Source: Candidatus Electrothrix sp. GW3-4 (GTDB lineage Bacteria > Desulfobacterota > Desulfobulbia > Desulfobulbales > Desulfobulbaceae). Taken from it: a DNA stretch of 32,000 nt. The stretch's first letter is position 1; the number at the start of each line of letters is the position of its first letter. This document shows positions 14,291 to 23,652 of this stretch, piece by piece. The stretch spans positions 4,500,001 through 4,532,000 of the forward strand of contig NZ_CP147990.1 in the NCBI RefSeq assembly GCF_037902255.1, given 5' to 3'. The notes beneath the pieces were generated by a model that searched no databases, had not been told where the DNA came from, and saw only the letters and a program-made list of their open reading frames with translations. A program made the translations under genes and the position numbers.

Positions 14291-17200
14291 ATGTCCGTGC
14301 CAGATCAAACAAACGACCAACTGCCGCCTGTCCATACGCTGCCTCCGTTTGAGCAATTTCTGCTCCAGTTTATCTCGATAATCTACGAACCGGTATCAAC
14401 CACCTTTCTTGGTAACTGCCTTGCTGGCACAGATATTCCCATACCAGAGGTCCACCGGTTAACCAGTAATGAACTGGACTCGACCATTAACCAGCTCCGT
14501 GAGCAACAATTTCTCAATGAGTTGAATCAATGTCCCCCCCATCTTGCAGAACAGTTGACCCGCCAGGCCGTTACAGAAGGGCGTTTTACTGACCTCGCGG
14601 CGTTGATTGAAAAGAAGGCACCGGTTTCTTATCTGTACGGCAAATGGGCCACCCGCTGCCAACGGGCCCTGCGCCAATTCCGGATCGGCTTATACTCGGG
14701 AGATTTTGACAAAGTCGATGAGGCCGTCACCTTCTTAGAGAAGCATGGACGGGAACATACCGGCCCGGAGCCTCCGGCAGTCAGAATTACGGCCCGAAAT
14801 TTTGATGCTGCCTGGTTTGGCACCTTGCCCGGCTTTCAGCAATTTTTTTTGCTGAATACCATCATCCATTATTCTATGGATAAGGTCTGTCATTTTCCTG
14901 CGGTCATTGCCTACCTGGAAGATGAAGAGGGCATGACCTTGTCTGAGGATGAACGCGTGCCCTTTCGGCGTATGCTGGCGGGTTATTACCTGTTACAGGG
15001 TAATTTTGAAAAGCTGGCGTCTTTACTGGAAGCCTATGCCGAGGCCTTTCAGGGTTCTGGTTTTGCAGGTACCCTGGCCTTTTTAGAGGGGCAGGTCGAT
15101 AGGGCATTGGAGCTTTTTGAAGAGGATCTTATCCAGCTCAATAAGTATGCTGGCCCAGAAGGGACCTTTTTCTTCAATATAACTGGGGTATTTTGTATTC
15201 TCTCCTTCCTTATCCGTAATACGGAGAAAGATCGCTCCCTGATCCATCGCGCTGTTGCCCTGGTCCTGGAACGCTGCAAGGGATGTCCTGAGGAGGTTCC
15301 CTTCCGTTTTCTTGATGCCTATGTGCGAAGTGTTGACGGCACCCTGCCGGACATGCGGGTGCTGACAGATCAGCTCTCGGCAGAAGAACGGGGATTGAGC
15401 TCCCTGATCGCGGTCCTCTCTCTTTACTGGATGGGAGTGGAAATACCTCAAGAGTTGCAAAATGATCTCTTGTCGCTCTACCAACAGGCAGAACAAAATA
15501 GCTTCTTCTGGTTGGCGATGGAAGGCGCTGAGCTGCTGGGCGCTCTTGATTCCAACCAGGCGGATCTGGCTGACGCAGCAAAGATACTGCGAAAGCAATA
15601 TAACTGCACTTCCATCGTCCATATCATTGCAACGGATAATAACTCCTGGAAGCAGAGCCTTCAGGATCTTATCACGGTTACCAGCCGCTCGCGAAAACCG
15701 GAAAAGACCAGTCGACTCGTCTGGCTGGTGCAATTTGACGGCGAGAACCTGATGCTGTCAGCCAAGGAACAGAAAAGGAAAGGGGCCGGGAAATGGAGTA
15801 AGGGCAGGGGGATTGGCCTGAATAGGCTCATGCCGCCGGAAGATTTTGATTTTCTGACGGAGCAGGATGTGAAGATCTGCGCAGCCCTGCGCCAGGTCGG
15901 TGATCCCAACTCCCGCAATGGGGGCTGCGAATTTGATATGAACGAAGCCCTGCCTGCCCTCGTGGGGCACCCTCTCGTCTTTCTGGAAAAATCAGGAAAG
16001 ATCCCTGCGGAAATCGTGGCTGGCGAACCGGAGCTGATGGTTGAAGAGCAGGACGGGCATCTCTTTATCCATTTTCTCCAGGATATTGGTAAAGGAAAGG
16101 TCGCGGTTTGGCCGGAGACCCCGACCCGTTTCCGCGTCATGGAGATCAACGACGAACACCGGCGAGTTGCTGAAATAACCGGTCGGGACGGTCTGCGTAT
16201 CCCGATTTCGGCCAGTGGCCAAGTGCTCAATGCCATCGGCAATATTGCCTCCTTTATGACGGTCCACTCCTCTATCAATGTGGGATCAGCAGAACAGGGG
16301 GTGCAAATTGTTGAGTCCGACTCCACTATTCATCTGCACATCATCCCTTACGGGAGTGGGTTCCGCCTGGAGATGTTTGTCCAACCCTTTTCCCGACGCG
16401 GCCCCTATCTGAAGCCAGGGGCTGGGGTCGCCAATCTGATGGCCGAAGTCGACAAACGACGGATGCAGACCCGCAGGAACCTGTTACTTGAGGAAGAAAA
16501 GGCGCGGGAAGTGGAAGAGAGCTGTCCCATCCTTGACCTTGCCGTTGACCTGGAACAGGAAAATGACCGGGAATGGCATATGTTGGATCCCGAAGAATGC
16601 CTTCAGGCCCTGTTGGAACTGGAGGAAATTCGTGACAGGGTGGTGCTGGAGTGGCCTGAAGGGGAGCGACTTGCCGTGCGCAGGCGGGCCGGTGTGAATC
16701 AACTCAATCTCAATATCCGCACCTCGCAGCAAAACTGGTTTGCCCTGTCCGGTCATGTCAAGGTGGATCAGGATGAGGTTATTGATCTGAAATCTTTGCT
16801 GGATAAAATTCGTGAATCACATAGCCGCTTCATTCCTCTTGGCAAGGGACAGTTCCTGGCCCTGACCCAGGAATTTCGTGATCGTCTTGAGGACCTGATT
16901 CAATTCGGGGACAACAAGGGGAGTAAGGGGAGCAAGGATGGTGAGGGTGCTGAGGATGGTGAGGTCCAGGTGCATCCCCTGGCAGCCCTGGCCCTGGACG
17001 ACCTGACCCGACAGGCCAACACCAATGCAGATGAAGGGTGGCGGGAGCAGCTGAAACGGATAAATTTTGTCCAGGATTTTGTCCCGGAAGTCCCCTCCAC
17101 ACTCCAGGCAGAACTGCGTGATTATCAGGCTGAGGGCTTTGTCTGGATGGCCCGCCTGGCTCATCTCGGGGTTGGCGGCTGCCTTGCCGATGATATGGGC

Positions 17201-18481
17201 CTGGGGAAGACCCTGCAATCCTTGGCCGTCATTCTTGATCGTGCAGAAAACGGCCCCAGTCTGGTTATTGCCCCCACCTCGGTTTGCCTCAACTGGGAGC
17301 AGGAGGCGGCCCGTTTTGCCCCAACCCTGACCCTGCATACCCTGACCGGCGTGGATAGAGAGGCCATTGTCCAGGGCTTAGGAAAACGGGATATTCTTGT
17401 TACCAGTTACACCCTGCTGCAGCAGGAAGTGGATCTTCTTGAAACTGTTTCCTGGCGAACAGTTGTTCTTGATGAGGCTCAGTCCATCAAAAATGCAGCA
17501 ACTAAGCGCTCCAAGGCGGCTATGCGCCTGAAGGCCAAGTTCCGCCTGATCACCACGGGTACGCCTATTGAGAATCACCTGGGGGAGCTATGGAATCTCT
17601 TCAACTTTATCAATTGTGGTCTGCTTGGCACCTATAAGCAATTCAATAGCCGTTTTGGTATTCCCATTGAAAAGCACCAGGACCACGCGGCTCGCCGCCA
17701 GCTGAAGAAACTGATCCGGCCCTTTATGCTCCGCCGCATTAAATCCGAGGTCCTGGACGAACTGCCGCCTCGGACAGAGATCACCCTGCGGGTGGAGATG
17801 AAGAAGTCAGAAATGCAGTTTTACGAGGCCATCCGTCAACAGGCTATCGAGAATATTGAGAGCAACGGCCAGAAGAGCGGGCGCCATCTCCAGATTCTCG
17901 CCGAGATCATGCGCCTGCGTCGGGCCTGCTGCAATCCAAGGCTCATTGACGAAAGCAGTAAAATTTCTTCGAGTAAACTTCAGGTTTTTGCTGAGGTGGT
18001 GGAAGAACTCCTGGAGTCACGCCATAAGGCCCTGGTCTTCAGCCAGTTCACCGGTCATCTTGCCCTGATCTGTGAATATCTTGATAAGGAGGGGGTCTCC
18101 TATAAATATCTGGATGGCACCACCCCGGCGCGGGAGCGTATCAAACGGGTGGATGCTTTTCAAGCCGGTGAAGGCGACCTCTTCCTGATCAGCCTCAAGG
18201 CGGGCGGGCTCGGCCTGAACCTCACTGCTGCGGACTATGTCATTCACATGGATCCCTGGTGGAATCCTGCTGTGGAAGATCAGGCAGCAGATCGTGCCCA
18301 TCGTATTGGCCAGAAACGTCCGGTCACAGTCTACCGTCTGGTGACGACAGATACCATTGAGGAGAAGATCGTCCAGCTCCATCATGAGAAACGAAACCTG
18401 GCCAATTCCCTGCTGGAGGGCACCGATACCGGGGCCCGCATCAGTGCGGACGAATTGCTTGAGTTGATTCGGGCAAGTTAA
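14291..18481 (+). CDS. Large SNF2/Swi2-family ATPase with a ~940-aa uncharacterised N-terminal region
   Basis: C-terminal third: LRDYQAEGFVWMARLAHLGVGGCLADDMGLGKTLQ (motif I), VLDEAQSIKN (DEAQ box), then a helicase-C domain (LVFSQFT...LISLKAGGLGLNLTAADYVIHMDPWWNPAVEDQAADRAHRIGQ). I place the start at ATG 14291 (MSVPDQ...). The track's GTG at 14180 lies inside the ppiD terminator. Confidence 0.9.
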   Translation: MSVPDQTNDQLPPVHTLPPFEQFLLQFISIIYEPVSTTFLGNCLAGTDIPIPEVHRLTSNELDSTINQLREQQFLNELNQCPPHLAEQLTRQAVTEGRFTDLAALIEKKAPVSYLYGKWATRCQRALRQFRIGLYSGDFDKVDEAVTFLEKHGREHTGPEPPAVRITARNFDAAWFGTLPGFQQFFLLNTIIHYSMDKVCHFPAVIAYLEDEEGMTLSEDERVPFRRMLAGYYLLQGNFEKLASLLEAYAEAFQGSGFAGTLAFLEGQVDRALELFEEDLIQLNKYAGPEGTFFFNITGVFCILSFLIRNTEKDRSLIHRAVALVLERCKGCPEEVPFRFLDAYVRSVDGTLPDMRVLTDQLSAEERGLSSLIAVLSLYWMGVEIPQELQNDLLSLYQQAEQNSFFWLAMEGAELLGALDSNQADLADAAKILRKQYNCTSIVHIIATDNNSWKQSLQDLITVTSRSRKPEKTSRLVWLVQFDGENLMLSAKEQKRKGAGKWSKGRGIGLNRLMPPEDFDFLTEQDVKICAALRQVGDPNSRNGGCEFDMNEALPALVGHPLVFLEKSGKIPAEIVAGEPELMVEEQDGHLFIHFLQDIGKGKVAVWPETPTRFRVMEINDEHRRVAEITGRDGLRIPISASGQVLNAIGNIASFMTVHSSINVGSAEQGVQIVESDSTIHLHIIPYGSGFRLEMFVQPFSRRGPYLKPGAGVANLMAEVDKRRMQTRRNLLLEEEKAREVEESCPILDLAVDLEQENDREWHMLDPEECLQALLELEEIRDRVVLEWPEGERLAVRRRAGVNQLNLNIRTSQQNWFALSGHVKVDQDEVIDLKSLLDKIRESHSRFIPLGKGQFLALTQEFRDRLEDLIQFGDNKGSKGSKDGEGAEDGEVQVHPLAALALDDLTRQANTNADEGWREQLKRINFVQDFVPEVPSTLQAELRDYQAEGFVWMARLAHLGVGGCLADDMGLGKTLQSLAVILDRAENGPSLVIAPTSVCLNWEQEAARFAPTLTLHTLTGVDREAIVQGLGKRDILVTSYTLLQQEVDLLETVSWRTVVLDEAQSIKNAATKRSKAAMRLKAKFRLITTGTPIENHLGELWNLFNFINCGLLGTYKQFNSRFGIPIEKHQDHAARRQLKKLIRPFMLRRIKSEVLDELPPRTEITLRVEMKKSEMQFYEAIRQQAIENIESNGQKSGRHLQILAEIMRLRRACCNPRLIDESSKISSSKLQVFAEVVEELLESRHKALVFSQFTGHLALICEYLDKEGVSYKYLDGTTPARERIKRVDAFQAGEGDLFLISLKAGGLGLNLTAADYVIHMDPWWNPAVEDQAADRAHRIGQKRPVTVYRLVTTDTIEEKIVQLHHEKRNLANSLLEGTDTGARISADELLELIRAS

Positions 18482-18521
18482 GCCGCTCCCTCGAAAGGGA
18501 GGAACCCTCTGCTCAGGTGGA

Positions 18522-21500
18522 TCAGCCAGACCTTTCTCGTCCCGCTCCAAATCTCTTCTTTCGCTGTACCTCGGTCGGGCGCATCTGCACAGACAGACAG
18601 CCCGAGCCAAAGGACGCCTTCACCTGCTGGAAGAAATCCGGGCAGGGACGAACTGTGATGTCCTTCATGGGCAGGATATCCACCTCGCCCCGGCCGTCAA
18701 AATGAAGGGTGATTTTGATCGGGGCTGAGCCGTGAAACTGATAGATCAGCTCCTTGAGTTCGATGAGCTGGTTCCGTCCGGTCCTTTCCGCTGGCAGACG
18801 GATTGCCGTCTGCTCGGTAAAGCGCTCCACCGCCTGATCCAGAGGGAAGATGTCTTCAGCAATGATCTTTGCCCCCCGCTCCCCCTGCTGGACTGTACCG
18901 AGAACGATCAGGGGGGCGTCCTTGCCAAGAAAATGGGAGCAGCGGGCAAAGGCATCTGGAAAGACAATCACCTCAACACTGGAGCTCATGTCTTCCAGCA
19001 CGGTAAAGGCCATCCGATCCCCTTTTTTCGAGATATGCTCTTTATACTGCTGGATCAGGCCGCCGATACGGACTGCCTGCCCCTCCCGCCAATTCTCTAA
19101 GGCCTCAATATTCGCATCTGCAATCATGCGGATCGTATCAATGACCCCATCCAGGGGATGGCCGGTAAGAAAGAAGCCAATAGTCTCCTTTTCATAGGAG
19201 AGCTTTTTCAGTTCCGGCCACTCCTCTATATCCGGGAATTTAATCTCCGCGCTCTCCGTACTCTCCTCCTGGCTTCCGCCCACAGCAAACAGGCTCATCT
19301 GGCCGCTCAGGCGATCCCGCTGCACGGCCTTGGCCTGTTCCAGGGCCTGGTCCAGCACCTCCATGAGCTGGGATCTTTTGGCCTGCGCAAAATCAAAGGC
19401 CCCGGCCTTGATCAGGTTTTCCAGGACCTTGCGATTGACCTTGCTGGAATCAATCCGGCCGCAGAAATCCGCCAACGAGGAATACGGGCCGTTTTCTTCG
19501 CGTTCTTTGATCATGGAGTCCAGGGCAGAGCCCCCCACATTTTTCACCGCGCCCAGGCCGAAACGGATCCGGTCATTGATGACCGTGAAATCCTGATAGG
19601 ACTCATTGATATCCGGTGGCAGGACCGGGATGGACATCTGCTTACATTCGTTGATATACTTGACCACCTTATCCGTGTTGTCCACATCACAGGATAGCAG
19701 GGCCGCGAGAAACTGGGCCGGATAATGGGCCTTGAGATAGGCGGTCTGGTAGGCAATCAGGGCATAGGCCGCAGAATGGGATTTATTGAAGCCATAGCCT
19801 GCAAACTTGGCCATCAGGTCAAAAACATAGGCCGCCTTTTCCTCCGGGATATTATTTCCCCGGGCCCCGGCCATGAACTTGCCCCGTTCTTCCTCCATGA
19901 CCTCGGGGATCTTTTTTCCCATGGCCCGGCGGAGGATATCCGCATCACCCAGACTGTAGGAGGCCAGGATATTGGAGATCTTCATGACCTGCTCCTGGTA
20001 GACGATGACCCCGTAGGTCTCCTCCAGGACAGGCTTGATCTGGGGCAGGGGGTATTCCGGGGGACGCCGACCGTGCTTGGTCTCGACAAACTGATCCACC
20101 ATCCCGGAATCCAGGGGGCCAGGCCGGTACAGGGCCACCAGGGCGATCAGATCGGTGAACTGTTCCGGTGCCATCTTGATGAGCAGCTCCCGCATCCCAT
20201 CGCTCTCCAGCTGGAAGACCCCCAGGCTGTTGCCAGCACAGAGCAGATCATAGGTGCGCGGATCATCCATGGGGATCTTGCTCAGATCGACCTGGGTGCC
20301 GATATCCTGTTTGATCAGGCGCAGGGCCCGATCAATAACCGTCAGGGTCTTGAGGCCGAGGAAATCGAACTTGATCAGTCCGGTCATCTCGGTATACTTC
20401 ATGTCAAACTGGGTCAGGATCTCTTTCTTGGAGCCGACACAGACCGGCAGATACTCCACCATGGCCTTGGGCGAGACCACCACTCCAGCAGCATGGGTGG
20501 ACTTATGGCGGGACAGGCCTTCCAGGGTCTGGGCCACGGTGAGCAGTTCCCGGACCGCAGGGTCCTGCTGCATGGCATCGCGGAGACGGGGTTCCTTGTC
20601 GATGGCCTTTTTCAGGGTGATCTTCAACTCATCCGGGACCAGCTTGGCGATCCTGTCCACCACGGGCAGGGGCACCTCTAACACCCGGCCCACATCCCGA
20701 AGCACGGCCCGGGCCTTCATGGAGCCGTAGGCCACGATCTGGGCCACATGTTCGTCACCGCCGTAGCGGCGACGGACATAATCGATAACCTCATCCCGCC
20801 GTTCCTTGCAGAAATCCACGTCAAAGTCAGGCATGGAGACCCGCTCCACATTGAGGAAGCGCTCAAAGAGGAGACCATAGGGGATAGGGTCGATATCGGT
20901 GATGGACATGCAGAAGGCAGCCAGACTGCCTGCCCCGGAGCCACGGCCCGGCCCCACCGGGATGCTCTTGCTCTTGGCCCAGTTGATGAAATCGGCCACG
21001 ATGAGAAAATAACCGGAAAAGCCCATTTCCTGAATAACCCCGATCTCCATGTCCAGCCGCTCCTGGTACTGCTGCTCCAGCTCCCGGGGGACCTCCTGCA
21101 GGCTGCGGAGGTGGTCAAGGCGTTGTTCCAGACCATCCCGGCAGGCCTGTTCAAACAGGCTTTCCAGGGATTCTTCCTCTGGTACCGGAAAGATGGGGAA
21201 ATGGTGATCGTTAAATTCAAGCTTAAGGTTGCAGCGTTCAGCCACCTCCAGGGTATTGGTCAAGGCCTCTGGACAATAACTGAACTGCTGGGCCATGACC
21301 TCTGGCGGCTTGAAATACAGTTCATCAGTGGAAAACCTGAAGCGGTTGGCATCGTTGATGGTCTTGCTGGTCTGGATGCAGAGCAGGACCTCGTGGGCGT
21401 AGGACTCCTCCCGATTGAGGTAATGGCAGTCATTGGTGGCCACCACTTTGATACCCAGGTCATTGCCCAGTTCCATGAGGCCATCATTGACTGTTCGCTG

Positions 21501-22043
21501 CTCCGGGATCCCGTTTTCCTGCATCTCAAAATAGAGGCGATCGCCAAAGACCTGTTGCAGCTCCAGGGCCTTGACCTTGGCCTTGTCCAGGCCGTGATGG
21601 GTGATGGTCCAGGGGATCTCTCCGTGCAGGCAGGCGGTCAGGGCGATCAGGCCTTCCTGGTGGGCAAAGAGCAGCTTACGGTCGATACGGGGCCTATAAT
21701 AAAAACCAGCTGTCTGGGCGATGGAGGCCAGCTTCATCAGGTTGCGATAGCCGGTCTCGTTCATGGCCAGCAGCACGATATGGAAATTATGGCCCGCGTT
21801 CTTATCATGAATAAGATGATCGGTCTCTGAGATATAGAACTCGCAGCCGACCAAGGGCTTGATCCCGGCCTTATTGGCCTTGGTGTAGAACTCCAGGGCC
21901 CCGTACATGGCCCCATGATCGGTGATCGCCACGGCATTCATGCCGTAAGACTGGGTCTTGTCAAGCAGGTCGCCAAGACGGATGGCTCCGTCGAGCATGG
22001 AGTACTGGGTATGGACGTGAAGATGGACAAAAGGGGTCGACAT
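18522..22043 (-). CDS. dnaE: DNA polymerase III alpha subunit
   Basis: PHP domain (FVHLHVHTQYSMLDGA), polymerase core (...GPGRGSGAGSLAAFCMSITDIDP...PDFDVDF...), OB-fold C-terminus. I place the start at ATG 22043 (MSTPFVHLH...). The track's 22076 start is GTG. Confidence 0.97.
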   Translation of the reverse strand: MSTPFVHLHVHTQYSMLDGAIRLGDLLDKTQSYGMNAVAITDHGAMYGALEFYTKANKAGIKPLVGCEFYISETDHLIHDKNAGHNFHIVLLAMNETGYRNLMKLASIAQTAGFYYRPRIDRKLLFAHQEGLIALTACLHGEIPWTITHHGLDKAKVKALELQQVFGDRLYFEMQENGIPEQRTVNDGLMELGNDLGIKVVATNDCHYLNREESYAHEVLLCIQTSKTINDANRFRFSTDELYFKPPEVMAQQFSYCPEALTNTLEVAERCNLKLEFNDHHFPIFPVPEEESLESLFEQACRDGLEQRLDHLRSLQEVPRELEQQYQERLDMEIGVIQEMGFSGYFLIVADFINWAKSKSIPVGPGRGSGAGSLAAFCMSITDIDPIPYGLLFERFLNVERVSMPDFDVDFCKERRDEVIDYVRRRYGGDEHVAQIVAYGSMKARAVLRDVGRVLEVPLPVVDRIAKLVPDELKITLKKAIDKEPRLRDAMQQDPAVRELLTVAQTLEGLSRHKSTHAAGVVVSPKAMVEYLPVCVGSKKEILTQFDMKYTEMTGLIKFDFLGLKTLTVIDRALRLIKQDIGTQVDLSKIPMDDPRTYDLLCAGNSLGVFQLESDGMRELLIKMAPEQFTDLIALVALYRPGPLDSGMVDQFVETKHGRRPPEYPLPQIKPVLEETYGVIVYQEQVMKISNILASYSLGDADILRRAMGKKIPEVMEEERGKFMAGARGNNIPEEKAAYVFDLMAKFAGYGFNKSHSAAYALIAYQTAYLKAHYPAQFLAALLSCDVDNTDKVVKYINECKQMSIPVLPPDINESYQDFTVINDRIRFGLGAVKNVGGSALDSMIKEREENGPYSSLADFCGRIDSSKVNRKVLENLIKAGAFDFAQAKRSQLMEVLDQALEQAKAVQRDRLSGQMSLFAVGGSQEESTESAEIKFPDIEEWPELKKLSYEKETIGFFLTGHPLDGVIDTIRMIADANIEALENWREGQAVRIGGLIQQYKEHISKKGDRMAFTVLEDMSSSVEVIVFPDAFARCSHFLGKDAPLIVLGTVQQGERGAKIIAEDIFPLDQAVERFTEQTAIRLPAERTGRNQLIELKELIYQFHGSAPIKITLHFDGRGEVDILPMKDITVRPCPDFFQQVKASFGSGCLSVQMRPTEVQRKKRFGAGRERSG

Positions 22044-22114
22044 GGTGGTGACTGAGGAATAGATGTTTCGCCCCACTGGAGCACAGCGGGTCAGAGTATG
22101 GGATTGTTTGTTGC

Positions 22115-22442
22115 TTAGGTATTCTCTTTATGCCCTGCTCCGAAAAAATAAGTGCTCAGCTGTACGGAGAGGGTGGTGAGGATGCCAAGGGCAAAGATGG
22201 CAATATCCATTATCCCTTGCTCTGCGATCTTTTCCGTATTGCCTACAAAAAGCCAGGAATATAGAAGAGCTGTGAGAAAGAGGATGGAGACCGTGAAGAT
22301 TGAACGCGGCTTCAGGATGGGCCAGCCGCTGCCTTGTTTTTCTTTGTTTCTCCCTTGCCCTTCCTGCGCTTCCTCCTCCCCTGGGCCGCAACCTGAGCCA
22401 GTTTAACACTGGCCCTTGGCCCGGCATTGATGGCAAATTCAT
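22115..22442 (-). pseudogene. Start-less or frameshifted small two-TM membrane protein frame upstream of dnaE
   Basis: A 96-codon open frame (22402 to stop 22117-22115) reads ...GWPILKPRSIFTVSILFLTALLYSWLFVGNTEKIAEQGIMDIAIFALGILTTLSVQLSTYFFGAGHKENT. It has no ATG/GTG/TTG before the late Met at 22210. The only upstream ATG (22442) is in another frame. Confidence 0.3.
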
Positions 22443-22577
22443 AGATGGAACTCTAATTTAGCCAGTTAAACATAGAACTCCTGTTTTTGCACGCTGAAAA
22501 CCTGCTGGGAAGGTGACAGGGGCAGGAGAGGGTAGGGCATAGGAGTAACTAGGAGGAAAGAGAGAGTTTTTTTGACA

Positions 22578-22616
22578 GGGGCGGGGGGCGGTGAGATAAG
22601 GGGGTGATGGGGTGGG
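22578..22616 (+). other. G-run cluster (G4, G6, G5, G4, G3) inside a ~100-nt purine-rich tract
   Basis: GGGGCGGGGGGCGGTGAGATAAGGGGGTGATGGGGTGGG. It is preceded by AGGAGAGGGTAGGGCATAGGAGTAACTAGGAGGAAAGAGAGAG and a T7 run. Confidence 0.5.
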
Positions 22617-22756
22617 ATCCTCATCCAGTATCAAATCCAACCTTCCCCTGCCTGCGGGCATTTCCCAGAGACGAGAGATCTGCCTTTTCATCACCCCTCT
22701 TCCAGGTCTGCAAAAAGAATAATGCAGAGATCGTATCCAGTTGGTAATATATCGAC

Positions 22757-22784
22757 TTGACGTGTCGCAGCAGAACGCTACAAT
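22757..22784 (+). promoter_or_regulatory. Near-consensus sigma70 promoter about 180 nt upstream of the phosphatase gene
   Basis: TTGACG (22757-22762), a 16-nt spacer, TACAAT (22779-22784). Confidence 0.4.
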
Positions 22785-22962
22785 GAAAAACAACGCGTTA
22801 CGATGACCAGAACGATCCTGGAAAGGAACACAACAGGGCAAAAACTTCTGTCCGCAACAGCAGGGCCGCTGGCCAGGAAGCCTCTGTGTATCCCACTTGA
22901 ACTGTGTCGTTACCATTGATAACGACAACTCATCATACAATCAATTTTGTCCCTACTTCAAC

Positions 22963-23649
22963 ATGAGCGCTCTATCGAAAACCTGCATTATTGGTGACAT
23001 CCACGGGTGTCTAACGTCGTTGCAAAGTCTTCTGAAGCTGGTTGATAAGGAAGCAGACACCTTTGTCTTTCTCGGTGACTATATCGACCGAGGCTCAGAG
23101 TCAAAAGAAGTTGTCGAGTGCATTTTGAACTTTAAGAAAAAGCACCGCAACGTGATCACCCTGTTAGGCAATCACGAGATCATGCTGACCAACTATCTGC
23201 GAGGCTATGATGACGGGACCTTTATGCGGGCTGGTGGCAAAGAGACCCTAGTCAGCTATGGGATCAAGCCAAAAACAAAACCGGAAAAGGTAGCAAAACT
23301 CTTCCCGGAAGAACATATGAACTTTTTTCGGGAACTGGCCCTCCTCTGGGAGAATGAACACGGGATTTATGTCCATGCCGGTATTGAACCAGGGGTGCAT
23401 CTTACCCGACAGGTGAGCAGCTATTGCCTTTGGGCCAGAGATGAATTCATTCGCACCCCCTATAAATTCAGCAAACCGATTATCTTTGGTCATACCGTGT
23501 TCCGGGAGCCCCTTGTCCAGGAGAACAAGATCGGTATTGATACCGGGGCCGTCTATGGGGGCAAGCTCACGGCTCTGCTCCTGCCGGAAAAGCGCTTTAT
23601 CTCTGTTAACGGAGAAAAGAACGGTTCTTCCCGCCTGTTCCGCAGATAG
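22963..23649 (+). CDS. PPP-family metallophosphoesterase (Ser/Thr protein phosphatase / ApaH-like)
   Basis: GDIHGC...FLGDYIDRG...GNHE...H-containing blocks in canonical order. I place the start at ATG 22963 (MSALSKTCIIGDIHG). The track start at 22897 is TTG. Confidence 0.85.
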   Translation: MSALSKTCIIGDIHGCLTSLQSLLKLVDKEADTFVFLGDYIDRGSESKEVVECILNFKKKHRNVITLLGNHEIMLTNYLRGYDDGTFMRAGGKETLVSYGIKPKTKPEKVAKLFPEEHMNFFRELALLWENEHGIYVHAGIEPGVHLTRQVSSYCLWARDEFIRTPYKFSKPIIFGHTVFREPLVQENKIGIDTGAVYGGKLTALLLPEKRFISVNGEKNGSSRLFRR

Positions 23650-23652
23650 CTC

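Noticed and set aside
18486-18501. CTCCCT-CGAA-AGGGAG hairpin between SNF2 and dnaE as a terminator
   Set aside because: It has only 6 bp and no T-tract on either strand, which is too weak to call.
19725-21830. 318-aa and 360-aa plus-strand ORFs, plus several shorter ones, inside dnaE
   Set aside because: They are antisense shadow ORFs of a highly conserved gene, with Gly/Leu/His/Asp-rich repetitive composition.
22551-22566. GGAGGAAAG resembling the RNase P RNA conserved GGAGGAAAGUCCGGGC
   Set aside because: The match ends after GAGGAAAG, where AGAGAG follows instead of UCCGGG. I recognised no other structured-RNA signatures (SRP, tmRNA, 6S).
22128-22940. ORFs 22128-22442 (-), 22152-22406 (+) and 22458-22940 (-)
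   Set aside because: Their composition is not protein-like (Arg/Pro/Cys/Ser-rich). The 160-aa ORF overlaps the phosphatase start and the purine-rich tract. Only the alternative hydrophobic frame is reported, as a possible pseudogene.
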